A stretch of DNA of 64,000 nt from the human T2T-CHM13v2.0 reference genome, Homo sapiens. Within the stretch, counting starts at the first letter, position 1; each line of letters opens with the position of its first letter. The notes beneath the pieces are model-generated. The model had not been told where the DNA came from. It ran no database searches and worked only from the letters and a program-made list of their open reading frames with translations. The position numbers and the translations under genes are program-made. Of the stretch, positions 29,067 to 43,269 are shown piece after piece. The stretch lies in NCBI RefSeq assembly GCF_009914755.1, contig NC_060927.1. One strand, 5' to 3'.

Positions 29067-31332
29067 TGAGTAGCTGGGATTACAGGCACCCATCATCATG
29101 CCTGGCTAATTTTTTGTATTTTTAGAGATGGGGTTTCACTATGTTGGCCAGGCTGGGACAATTCTTAAACTGTCATTCTTTACTCACTTACTTGCAGGAA
29201 TTCTTATGTAAAGAACTTTCCCTAATCAACAAGGTTTCCCTGACTTGCAATTTGTAGAGAAAAGACAGGATAATTACTGATCTTCCTTCAAGTGTCCATT
29301 CCCAGTGTTAGGAGTTAGTGCCCTAGGTACCTCCAAGAGTGACCAATTACATGTTTTTGTTTGGTTGGTTTTGGCTTTGAAACCACCACTATGAATTCAT
29401 GGTTTTCATGTATTAGAGACCACTTTCTAGGTGCTTGATGTGTCTACTGCTACTGGGGCAGAACTAGGAAATGTGTCTACGGTAAAAGAACAACAAATGA
29501 GTTCACGCTTATATTTCTATTTCAAATTTAGTATACGGTTTTACACCTTTTTCTCAGAAAAATCTTGTTTTATTTTTTGAGATAGAGTTTTGTTCCTGTT
29601 GCCCAGGCTGGAGTGCAGTGGCACAATCTCGGCTCACTGCAATCTCTGCCTCCTGTTTCAAGCGATTCTCCTGCTTCAGCCTCCCCAATAGCTGGGATTA
29701 CAGGCACCTGCCACCATGCCCAGCTAATTTTTCAATTTTAGTAGAGATGGCGTTTCACCATGTTGGCCAGGCTGGTCTCAAACTCCTGACCTCAGGTCAT
29801 CTGCCCACCTCGGCCTCCCAAAGTGCTGGGACTTGGGAGGATTTTCCCTTGCCAGAAAAATCTTAGTTTTAGCATTAACATAATTAGTTATTTGCTTTAA
29901 CTCCCACCCCACATAATTTCAAAGGATTAATACCAATAAGACGAGTAACGGAGATGATTGATTGAAATTTAGGATTCAGTGGCTCTATTTGTCTTTAGAC
30001 TATGGCTCACTAAATCTGCACACTTGAAGTGCTGTGTTCTAGCGATCCTCTGATGACACATGAAGTAATAGGCTGCGTGACTGTCACCAGCCTGATGTGC
30101 AGTTGGGCTGCAGAACCCCGTGATGCTGCCTAGCCCAGCCAGCCCCAGGTCACTCCTCAGACTCAAACTCGATTCTGACACCACCAGCACCCGGGACGCT
30201 GCCTAGGGGCTTTCTCTGGTGGCAGCAGCATGTCCTGGAGCAGGCCAGGGGTGCCCGGAATTGACCATCCTGAACCTGTGCAGCGTGGGCTGGTGAAGGA
30301 ACGCACCAGCTCCCACAGTGAGCACGGGCCCAGCTGTCCACATGGGACCCGGCTCCCGGACGCCCCATGCCGCCGCCTCTTTCCTGTCTCACCTCCCACT
30401 TCCCTTCAGCTGCTGCTCAGGGCCACCTTCCAAATTTTGGTCTCAGGGTTGGCGCCTGTAGAATGCAATCCAAGGAATTTAGATTCATTCATTTCAGATA
30501 CCATTCTTTCAATTTTAGGGACTATCTTAAAAACTTAGTTTGGTAATATGTAAAACACTTACAATTTCAAAGTCCAGATATTACTTCAGAGTCTATTTCG
30601 GTCTCACTTCCACCACTGACCCCTGTCCTCCACAGCAACCACTTTAGATTTTTATCTTTGTACTGTTTTAAGAAAAAGCAAATATTGGCATTATATTATA
30701 TGTACTCTGCCCCTTATCAATAGGCGTTCCTCATTCCTCCTTCTGGTACGGAGTTCCCCACTGCACGAATTAATGTTCCCAATCCCCTACTGATGGACAT
30801 TTTGATTGTTTCCAGTTTTACAAATGCCACAGTGAAGAACTTTGTGGCAAACACATTCAGGCTGTGAAAAGAACTCTGTGGGTAAAGTCCTTTCATTTCT
30901 TTGCCAGAGTTTTTTTTGAGGCAGATTCTGGAATTGCTGAGTCTAAGGGCAAATGCCATGTCGTTTTGTTAGATGCTGCCAAATCCTCTTCCATGAGGCT
31001 GCAACGTTCTGCATTCCACAGTGACTATGAGAGTCCTTGTACCCCACAGCTTCATAAACAAAGCATGACAGCAAACCTGCACGTTTACCCATCACACAGT
31101 TGAGAAATTTTATCTACTTTCACCTTTTTTTTTGGTTAGCATTTTTATTCCCAGCTTTTTTGTGGTATAATGCGCAGAAGGTAATGAACACATTCTACCT
31201 GCAAGCTTCTTCCTGTGCCTTTGGAATCTGCTCCTGCCAGTCTGCAGGGAACCACGGATCTGCTTTCCGTCACGTAGGAGGCATTCTCGACACCCTCTGT
31301 ACACAGCATGCGCTTTATTTGGCTTCTCTTAC

Positions 31333-31463
31333 GCAGCATAGTGACTTTCAGATTTATTCAAGCTGCTGCGTGCACCAACAGTCCACTCCTTCCTAGTGCT
31401 GAGGTCCCCATCACATGAGCACAACTGTTTCTTGTGTGTGATGTGTTGTTCTCTGGCTGTGCA
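31333..31463 (-). ncRNA. Candidate downstream non-coding exon of the SDHA-pseudogene / MIR570-host read-through transcript
   Basis: Acceptor GTCTTTTTTGGCAG|TGCACAGCC and donor GCTGC|GTAAGA; AATAAA hexamers at ~31353 and ~31144. Confidence 0.45.
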
Positions 31464-31888
31464 CTGCCAAAAAAGACATCATTAAAAAAAATTTAAATAT
31501 AATGTAAGACCTGCCTTGTCTTAGGAAACGTTTTTCTGGCAGTGGCTCACACCTATAATCCCAATACTCTGGGAGGCTGAGGCAGGAGGACTGCTTGAGC
31601 CCAGGAGTTTGGGACCAGCCTGGGCAAGAGGGTGAAACCCTGTCTCTAAAAATTAGCCAGGCATGGTGGCTCACACCTGTAGTCTCAGCTCTTAGGGAGG
31701 TTGAGGTGGGAGGACTGCTGGAGCCCAGGAGGTGGAGGCTGCAGTGAGCCGAGATCACACCACTGCACTCTAGCCTGGGCAGCATGGCAAAACTCTGTCT
31801 CTACCAAGAAAAAAACAAAAAATTAACAGAAGGAAAAACAAAAGGGCTTTCTTATCAAAAATACACTTTAAGGAACAAATTTATAATA

Positions 31889-31968
31889 TTAAGTTGCTGC
31901 AAAAGTAATTGTGCCTTTTACCATTGAAAGCAATGGCAAATACTGCAATTACTTTTGCTCCAACCTAA
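31889..31968. mobile_element. Full-length 80-bp MADE1 (mariner MITE), palindromic
   Basis: TTAAGTTGCTGCAAAAGTAATTG…CAATTACTTTTGCTCCAACCTAA with TA target duplications. Confidence 0.9.
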
Positions 31969-32090
31969 TATTATTTTCTAATGACAAACTTGGAAATAAC
32001 TGTCATTGCTCTCTAAAAAGAACAGCCTAAAAATAAAGCAGCAGCCCATTTACTTCTATGCCAGTTCTTTTAGCATTTGGTTATTTAAAC

Positions 32091-32829
32091 CAGCAGTCCC
32101 TAACCTTTTTGGCACCAGGGACTGGTTTCATGGAAGACACTTTTTCCACTGACAAGTGTGGGGATGGTTTGGAGATGAAACGGTTCCATCTCAGATCATC
32201 AGTATTAGATTCTCATAAGCGGGGCATAACCTAGATCCTTCTCATGCGCAGTTCACAACAGGATTCCACTCCTATGAGAATCTAATGCCACCACTGATCT
32301 GACAGGAGGCAGAGCTCACACAGCAATGATATGACAGGGGCGGAGCTCACAATAATGATATCACAGGGGGCGGAGCTCACACAGTAATGATATGACAGGG
32401 GGCGGAGCTCACACAGTAATGCTCTGGCAGGGGGTGGAGCTCACACAGTAATGCTCTGGCAGGGGGCGGAGCTCACACAGTAATGCTCTGGCAGGGGGCG
32501 GAGCTCACACAGTAATGCTGACGGGGATGGAGCTCACACAGTAATGCTGACAGGGGGTGGAGCTCACACAGTAATACTCTGGCAGGGGGCGGAGCTCACA
32601 CAGCAATGCTCTGACAGGGGGCAGAGCTCACACAGTAATACTCTGGCAGGGGGCGGAGCTCACACAGTAATGCTCTGACGGGGCGGAGCTCACACAGTAA
32701 TACTCTGGCAGGGGGCGGAGCTCACACAGTAATGCTCACTGGCTGGCTGCTCACCTCCTACTGTGTGGCCTGGTTCCTAACAGGCCATGGACTGGTAACA
32801 ATCTGTGGCCTGGGGATTGGGGACCCTTG
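32091..32829 (-). mobile_element. MER1B hAT MITE with an internal ~31-bp VNTR (32300-32740, ~14 copies, most carrying a GC box)
   Basis: MER1B termini; 8-bp TSD ATTTAAAC/ATTTAAAG; unit GGCAGGGGGCGGAGCTCACACAGTAATGCTCT. Confidence 0.85.
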
Positions 32830-33568
32830 ATTTAAAGAATCGAGGACACACTCACCTAGCAAACCATCTGCTAAGAAAAAAGGAGGAAAAGCACCAACAT
32901 TAATTTGAACTTAGAAATAAACTACAAGGCCAGACATGGTGGTTCACACCTATAATTCCAGCACTTCGGGAGGCCAAGGAGGAACGATCACTTAAGCCCA
33001 GCAGTTTGAGACCAGCCTAGGCAACACAGTGAGACCCTGTCCCTACAATTACAAAATAAATGAGCTGGGCGTGGTGGTGCACACCTGTAGCCCCAGCTAC
33101 TTAGAAGGCTGAGTCGGGAAGATCACCTGAGCTGCCCAGGAGTTTGAGGCTGCAGTGAGCTGAGACTGCACCAACCCTGTCTCAAAAAAAAAAAAAAAAA
33201 AAGAAACTGCAACAAAATATCTGGATTTTGATGTAACAGAATACAAAGATAATTACATTTGATTTTTAGGTCAACAAATATGACAAGTCATAACAGTAAA
33301 ATATTTGACATGGATTTGGAAATAAAAGAAAGTTTGTTCATTTATATTTTACTTAAGACCTGTGCCCAGTTTTATCTTGTCACAAGAATGAAGCAAGGGA
33401 CAAAGGTAAGTGCCACGCTCCCCAGCCACTGGGTGCCAATCCCCCTTCAATGTACTCCTTCTTCCCCAGAGTGCAGAAGCGTATGAAGACAGTTATGACA
33501 TGGACACATGCATGAGCTATTATACGTAATCACAAAAGCTGATTCTGTCATCACTGCATCTTGTCTCA

Positions 33569-33667
<99 letters not shown>

Positions 33668-34012
33668 TCAGTGGTAAGTTAAGCACAAAAATGTACAAAA
33701 AGCCATCTCATGTGTTCCTTTTAAAAATTTTTAACTATAAAAGTAGATTTACGGCATGTGAACTTTAAGGTATTTGCTGCAGTATTTTCCAATAACAAAT
33801 TCAAAAATGATCTACATGCGCAACAGGGGGACTGTAAATGACGGCAGATCCGTAGAGTCGAACAGAGCAACGAAAATGACACTGTACCAGATTCTCAGTG
33901 CTTTACAAAAATGCTCCCATCATAAAAAGTGGGAGAAACCTTGTCTATACCAAGACACTTCATGTTTAAACTATCTACTTCCAGTTTTTCTACTTCAAAG
34001 TAAATATTTATA

Positions 34013-34231
34013 TAGGTAGAACATCCCTAATCCAAACATCTGAAATTCTCCCAAATCTGAAACTTTCTGAGCACCAGCATGACATTCAAAAGAAATGTGC
34101 TATGGAGTCAGATCTTCCCATTAGGGATGCTCAGACAGTAAGTGTAATGCAAATATTCCAAAGTCTGAACAAGCCTGAAATCCAAAACACTTCTGGTCCC
34201 AAGGATTTCAGAGAAGGAATACTCAAGCCGT
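34013..34231 (+). mobile_element. Tigger4a (Zombi)-like MITE
   Basis: CATCCCTAATCC…ATTAGGGATGCTC…ACACTTCTGGTCCCAAG…ATACTCAA motifs. Confidence 0.65.
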
Positions 34232-35603
34232 GTATTAAATATGCACACACAGGAAAAGGTAGGCACATATACAAAGAAATTTAAACCATAATGGGTCATC
34301 TCTGGTTAGTGAGCTCTTATTTCAATCTCTTTGTACTTTCTAAAATGAGTATGTATTTCTTCAAAAATCACTGAAACTGGCTGGGCATGTTGGTTCATGC
34401 CTGTTGGGGAGGCCAAGACAGGTGGATCACTTGAGCTCAGGAGCTCAAGACTAGCCTGGGCAACGTGGCAAAACCCCGTCTCTACAAAACATACAAAAAT
34501 TAGCCAGGCATGGTGGCATGTGCCCGGGAGGCTGAGGTGGGAGGATCACCTGAGCTGAGGGGAGGTTGAGGCTGCAGTGAGATGAGATCGAGCCACCACA
34601 TTTCAGCCTGGGCAAAAGAGATGAGACTCTATCTCAGAACAACAAAAACAAAACAAAAAACCTGAACCTGGAAACATTAAAAATAGACTTGTGCTAAGCG
34701 AGTGAAGTGTGACCTCTCTATACTATCAGGAAATGGCCTTCATGATAAATTCTGAAAATGACCCACTGCCTGAATCACAGACACACTAGATGATAGTGAG
34801 AGTCCAAAGGTAACTTCCACAGACACAGCTAAGTGATTATACGACTCTCCCTTACAAGTTATGAAAAGCTTAAGGGTAAAAGCTTTCTATCTTCATGATT
34901 TCTGAATCTCAATGCCCAGTGGAAATGCCACACGGGTGAACTGTGCTTGTGTGGAACAAGCTGCAACCCCCTACCACACCCTCGGCTGGCTGTTCCCAAG
35001 ACGCTGTGCTTGTGTGGAACAAGCTGCAACCCCCCTACCACACCCTCGGCTGGCTGTTCCCAGGACGCTGCTTACCCCAACCCTGCCTCCATTTCTGCCC
35101 TTCTCTGCTTGCTCAGTGCCCAGGGGATGCTAAGGGCTGCACCACATCCCCTCTGCTCCCCTGCAGATGCTTCCAGTTGGCCCAGCCCATGGGAAGAGAG
35201 GGGAAGGGTCTCTTCTGGGCTCCCTTGGCTCGGGACTGGTTTCTGGTAGTGGCTCTGTCCCCACCACACAGATGCTGACTTTCTCGCTAGGTCCACAATC
35301 ATCATCTCCTCCCCTGCCACCAGGCCTTGGACACTTGCTCCTGCCCAGTGACTTCCATCTGGCCCACACCACAGAGCAACCCTTCCTTAAGGCTCCTCTG
35401 AACCACCTGCAGGCACTGGATTCTGTTTCCAGCCCGAAGCCCGACTGCTGTCAGAGTGCCTTTTTCAGCGGTGCCTCAAATCTGTCGGGAGTTGATTTAA
35501 ATCTGGCCTGCTCCTCCGCGTTCACCATCAGCAAGGCCAGCCCGCAGACCTGGGCGGGGCCGTGTGGGTGCTGGGCTGTGGTGAGAACAAGCTCCACACT
35601 GAC

Positions 35604-35717
35604 CTTCCCAGTGCCGACGTCCACATAGGACAGGGTGTGCTTCCTCCAGTGCACCTCAAAGGGCTTCTTCTGTTGCCCCTGGATGGGCTTGGAGTGATCA
35701 TACTCATCAATCTGCAC
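35604..35717 (-). pseudogene. SDHA-pseudogene exon 14 (114 nt)
   Basis: [38 protein letters not shown] with AG/GT borders. Confidence 0.93.
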
Positions 35718-36415
35718 CTGAGGCCAGAAACACCATCACATTTCTCATTACTCTAACAGAGCAATACAGAAAAAACACAGCAAACATTAAAATGATCTAA
35801 GAGACAGATGCCCTAGAACTCATTCCATTTCCACTTCAGCCCAGGAGGTTGGCACCATCAACACGTTCAGAACCCACAGAGGCCACATGGCTGGCCAGCG
35901 ATGTGCAGCCAGCAGTGAGTCCAGAGTAATCCATGTCCGCATGTTCCCTTAGACATCCTTTATGTACCTAAGAGTTTATCAAATACTTTGTCTTTTTGCT
36001 CCAAGCGCTGGGAGACTACCTCCATCTTTTCTTTCGGCCTGTTTTTATTAAAAACACTTTTTTTCTCTTTTGAGACAGGGTCTCGCTATGTCACCTGGGC
36101 TGGAGCGCAATGATGTGATCACAGCTCGCCAGAGCCTTGACTTCCCGTGCTCAATCAATCATCCTGCCTCAGCCTCCTGAGCAGCTGGTACCTCAGGTGT
36201 GTACCACCACGCCTGGCTAATTTTTTAATTTTTGTAGAGACAGGTTTCGCCATGTTGCCCAGGCTGGTCTAGAACTCCGGGGCTCAAGTGATCTGCCTGC
36301 CTCAGCCTCCCAAATGCTGGGATTACAGGTGGGAGCCACTGCATCTGGCTTCTATTCTAATTAAAACTCGTTGTCACCAACTAAATTTATGCTCCTGGCC
36401 AGGCACAGTGGCTCA

Positions 36416-36681
<266 letters not shown>

Positions 36682-37164
36682 TTAAAAATAATAAATTTAT
36701 TATTATTCTGTATTCTGGCAAACACGGATTCATATACTTTGCAGGAAAGACTCTTAATATGTATGAGGAGACGAGCAAATTCTGAGCAGTGATCACAGCC
36801 ATCAGCATATTCTAGTGGAGGGTAAATCAGTAAAATTTCATGGTGAATAAAAATGATTTTCCCATTCACCGTGTTCAGCTGACTGGAAAGGCTGCCACCA
36901 GCCGCCCACACATGGCCCTGAACCAGCCTGTGCGCCTGCCTTGTGGAGCCTTTGTCCTTTTGCCGATGTGGTTTATCCTGAACTTGCATTTGCACCCCAA
37001 GCTTCCCTTTCCATCGTTTTTTGCTATCATATGTGAAAAACTCTTACCAGGCAGAATCCAACACGTGTGCTCTGCACAAAAATCAGTTCATCTGAAGAAC
37101 AAGTGACCACAGGGCAGGCTCCGTAATCAAACCACAGGACAGGCTCTATAATACCTTTTCCAAA

Positions 37165-37505
37165 CCACAGGACAGGTTGGAAACAGTGGCTTACTCGTTA
37201 TTTAGTAAACTGGCATTTCCTCCACAAGGCAGGTCTGAAACGGTGACTTACTTGTTATTTAATGAACTGGCATTTCCTCCACAGGGCAGGCTTGAAACGG
37301 TGGCTTACTCGTTATTTAATAAACTGGCATTTCCTCCACAGGGCAGGCTTGAAACGGTGGCTTACTCGTTATTTAATAAACTGGCATTTCCTCCACAGGG
37401 CAGACTTGAAACGGTGGCTTACTCGTTATTTAATAAACTGGCATTTCCTCCACAGGGCAGGCTTGAAACGGTGGCTTACTCGTTATTTAATAAACTGGCA
37501 TTTAT
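37165..37505. repeat. 57-bp VNTR x6 in intron 13
   Basis: Unit CACAGGGCAGGCTTGAAACGGTGGCTTACTCGTTATTTAATAAACTGGCATTTCCTC. Confidence 0.95.
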
Positions 37506-37697
37506 TTCCTGGTCATGCCACGCTGGCTGCACTTCTAACCTTGGCCTTCTAACAGCAAAGCACATTGGCTTGGAGATGCCACTGCTGGCATCAGTGGATG
37601 CTGACCCAAAGCAAGGAACAGGTCACAGTGATCCAGAAAATGGCGAGAACCCAGGGATCAAAGTTACCAGGGGGAAAAAAGGCATTTTTTGGATTTA

Positions 37698-38081
<384 letters not shown>

Positions 38082-38167
38082 CTAAGTCAGCACTGACGGG
38101 ACAGACACCAGCCCACCCTGCAGAAGGCAGGGCCCAACAGTGTGCACAGAGCCCACTGTCTGCTCAC

Positions 38168-38279
38168 CTCGGTCAAACGTCTTCAGATGCTTCAGGTCTC
38201 CATAGAGCTAGCTGATTTTCCCACAACCTTCTTGCAACAAGCTTCCCACACGGAACACGGCAGCATGATTTTGCGTTGA
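38168..38279 (-). pseudogene. SDHA-pseudogene exon 12 (112 nt) with nonsense codon TAG at 38208-38210 (K541*)
   Basis: [36 protein letters not shown]. Confidence 0.92.
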
Positions 38280-39470
38280 CTGTGGCACAAAATATTATTT
38301 GTAAACTTTTAATTCATAGAAGCAGCCATACCAAGAACTGCTTAACTTTTAGACCTGTTGTTTTGCATTTCATTTTATTTATGTAAATTAAACAGAAAAA
38401 TTAGGAAATTTAGACTATGAGTTTATTACTCTGAACTTAAAAATGAAGTCTTGACTAAAGCTTCTGAATAAATGTTTCTATTATATGCATATCTTAGACC
38501 CACACACATCCTTTCCAGCGGGATACAGCCAGGGTCCAGGACGCCAAGCAGACTGCCTGTGAGGCACCACGTTCCATACGGCTCCACGGCCAACCAGGCA
38601 GCGCTGCCTCCCCACACCCCTGGCGGGACTCCTGATGTGGGGTCTGGTGGTGAACGTGACACGAGCCAGCAGCCCTGTGGTGATACACACAAGGAGGAAC
38701 TGAGCAGAGCCCTGCTGATGGTGGGGTTGGAACCGAAGGTCTTCAAGGAGAGGGAGGGGCGTGGGTGGCTGGGGCCCTTGGCCCATCTGGCTACTGTCTT
38801 CTGCCTATTTTGTAGAAGCTCCTGGTACACTGAGTTCCTTCATAGTTTTACTATCACGAGAAACGTGCTGGGAGTGGACCTGAAGTTTACTTAGGTATGC
38901 TGGGAACTGGGCATCAGCTTTTGCTTCCTGTGGGACACACAGGCACCACCTCCGTGATCCCTCCTCCTCCTTGCTTCTCCCTCTAACTGTGCTTTGCTCC
39001 ACTGACCCTAATTGTCTCTTCCTCTACCAATGCACCTTCATGGTTCAATTTGGACATTTCATCTGATTTTCCTTAGACTCATACATAATCGTAACACTGT
39101 AATGCACATCAACCTAACGGTTTTTCAGGAAGAACAAATGAAAAAAATTGCATCTCAGAATCTAGTATTACATTCTTTCATGTCCTTCAGCAGCGACGTT
39201 TTCGTATCATCTTTTCGTATTTCTGGTTACATTATTTCAAGGCATTTTAAATTTTTTGTTTGAAATGCGAATGAGATATTTACTGATGTCTGAGCAGATT
39301 ACTGCTGGCACATTGCAAAGCTACTGATTTTTACATACAAATCTCTTATCCACATACCTTACTACATTCTTGTTTTGTTTCTGTTAGTTTTTCCGTTTAT
39401 TCTCTGGAAATTTTTTGGAAATTATATCTGTAAATAATGGCAACTGTATCTATTCCTTTTCAATATTTAC

Positions 39471-39939
39471 TGCCAAGACCAGCTGGGTCATGGAAACCCT
39501 AACCCAGTGGCACTAGAGGAAGTAAAGACACACACACAGAAATATAGAGTGTGGAGTGGGAAATCAGGGGTCTCACAGCCTTCAGAGCCAAAAGCCTCAA
39601 ACAGAGATTTACCCACGTATTTATTGACAGCAAGCCAGTGATAAGACTTACTGAAAGTATTCCTTACAGGAAATAAAGGGATGGGTCTGGCTAGTTATCT
39701 GCAGCAGGAGCATGTCCTTAAGGCACAGAGCGCTCATGCTATTGTTTGTGGTTTAAGAACGTCTTAAGAGGTTTTCCACTCTGGGTGGGCCAGGTGTTCC
39801 TTGCCCTCATTACGGTAAACCCATAACCTTCCAGCGTGGGCGTCATGGCCATCACGAGCATGTCACATGCTGCAGAGATTTTGTTTATGGCCAGTTTTGG
39901 GGCCAGTTTATGGCCACATTTGGGGGCCTGTTTCTAACA
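39471..39939 (-). mobile_element. Solo MER9 LTR (HERV-K HML-3) in intron 11
   Basis: Minus strand begins TGTTAGAAACAGGCCCCCAAATGTGGCCATAAACTGGCCCCAAAACTGGCC; exact 6-bp TSD ATTTAC at 39465-39470 and 39940-39945. Confidence 0.85.
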
Positions 39940-41114
39940 ATTTACCTCATTTCTTTTTTTGATTGTTACTATTAATAGCCAGAGTCAGCAGAAAAATCCC
40001 TTCCCCCAATGAAATGCATTTCCGCAAGCATAGGAAGCTCTGTTTGTTCAGTGCTGACTCCGGCACCTCACGGAGCCTGGGATACAGCAGGCACCAAGAC
40101 ACACCTTGTTTGGTGGGAACACTTCCAGTATTCTCACTTCAAACTATCTCAGATTTGCCATTTCTATATCCTAAGGCATGTTCCCATTCTCTAACGCAAG
40201 GGTTCCTTCTTTCCCAGCTGGCCTCCAACCCTACAAAAGCACTGCAGGGCATCACTCAGCCTTCTGTGCCTTAGTCACGCTGTTCTTCTCACCGTTCCAC
40301 AAAGCCTCCCTCAAGCCCAGCCTCACCTGAAGACCGAAGGGCACGGGCCTCTGAAAATGTCAGCAGGGAACCTGTTCTCTTGTGTCTAACACCAAATGCC
40401 TTTCAGAATAGGACTAAAGCAGTGGACTTCTTCCTAGAAAATACGCAGCAATTCTTGCAAATAGTAGACAAGAGATTCTCATTCATGGACAAGAATCCTT
40501 GTTATTAGAGGAATTCAGTTTCTTAGACTGACTATATATCAGGTTCTCCACGGCCCCATGGCTAATGGCTGCCATACTGGACGGCAAACACTCAACATTT
40601 CCATCATCACAGACGGTCCTACTGGACCGACTCCCAGCAGCACAGGCCACACAGATCACTGTCCACCGGCCGCCCACTCTCCCTCTCTGCTGAGTATATT
40701 TAGGGGCAGCAACAGGTCCAGCTTAAAGACGTTTCCGAGCTGCTGGAAGCCAGGCATGAAGACATGATCAATATCTGGGCCTGAGATGTAAGCACCAGTG
40801 TTGTGTTGAACTCCAGGAAACCTCTAAGAGAAAGCTGCCCTGCTGGGGACGGAGCTTCTCCGGCGGTCCTGCGGCTCCCTCTCCTCCACGCTGTGACTCA
40901 TCCATGACAGCCAGCGACGGTCAGGGCACGGCGGTCATGCCCAAGCACACACAAGTGAACCACAGAAGGCTGTCCTGGATGCTAAGCAGTCACTAATTCT
41001 GCCCTGGCCTGCTGACCTTCTATGTGGAGAAGAAGTGCACTTCTGGTCTCTTTCATATTCTTGATACAGTGAGGAGTATGTCCTACTGCTGTTTACCTCC
41101 AGATACTGGTGCAG

Positions 41115-41777
<663 letters not shown>

Positions 41778-43065
41778 TTAACTTTTGAAAACCGTTTTAA
41801 AAAACCAAATGGATTTAGTACGACACACAAAAATGTAGCATAGCCGCTCAAGGAGCCTGGAAACTGTGTAAGTCTCCTGAGCTAACACACTGCCAACCCA
41901 CCCTACATCTGAGGCCATCTGTTGAGTTGGGGCCAATTTTAAAGAACAGACATAAAAGGCAAAACTGTTGGCACACAGTAGATATCCATTAAGTGATCTT
42001 AGAGTGAATAAACTAGAAATCATCTCTAAAATTAAAAAATTAAAATGTAGGCCGGGTGCAGTGGCTCACGCCTGTAATCCCAGCACTTTAGGAGGCTGAG
42101 GTAGGTGAAGCACTTGAAATCAGGAGTTCAAGAGCAGCCTGGCCAACGTGGCAAAACCTCATTTCTACTAAAAACACAAAAATTATCTGGCATGAGAACT
42201 GCTTCAACCCGAAAGATGGAGGTTGCAGTGAGCCGAGATCGCGCCACTGCACTCCAGCCTGGGCAACAGAGCGAGAACCTGTCTTACAAAAAAAAAAAAT
42301 TAAATGTATACAGATTTATATACATTAAGTGTATATAAATGTCACTCCACTAACGGGAAAAAATGACACCTTCCAGATGGTGGTCCCAAGGGGCCGGCCG
42401 CCCCACTGTCCTTCACATTAGGGGGAGGAAGGTGGCTGCTGTGTGCTTGCAAGTCACCTGCTGATTTGGACTGTTGTGTGCTCTCATCTATACTTCAAGA
42501 TTTGCAATTTTTTTTTTTTTTTGAGATGGAATTTTGCTCTGTAGCCCAGGCTGGAGTGCAGTGGCACCATCTCGGCTCACTGCAACCTCCACCTCCTGGT
42601 TCAAGCAATCCTCCTGCCTCAGACTCTGGAGTAGATGGGACTACAGGAGTTTGCAACCATACCTGGCTAATTTTTGTATTTTCAGTAGAGATGGGGTTTC
42701 ACCATGTTGGCCAGGCTGGTCTCGAACTCCTGACCTCAGGTGAGCCACCTGCCTCAGCCTCCCAAAGTGCTGGGATCACATGTGTGAGCTGCTGCGCACG
42801 GCCAAGATTTGCAACTCTTGTGTTTCCAAGATGTCTTGAAAAAAGTTTTAAAGGTTTTTTTTTTTTTATAAAATTATATATATTTTTTCTTCAATAGGTA
42901 ACACATGCAGGAGATAGGAGGTATGAAATGCAGGAGTCCAACAGGCCCTGTCCCGCCTACCGCCTCTCCTCGGGACCAGGCTGTGGGTCTCTTGAAGGTC
43001 TGCTCAAATGCTTCTAGGCTTGCTGGTGTCTCTTTTCCTTTTCTTTATAACGCTTTAAAAATTGA

Positions 43066-43269
<204 letters not shown>

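Noticed and set aside
29130-30600. GC-rich stretch with several overlapping short ORFs at 29969-30538
   Set aside because: No recognisable protein; the surrounding sequence resembles an old antisense L1MC-type 3' region.
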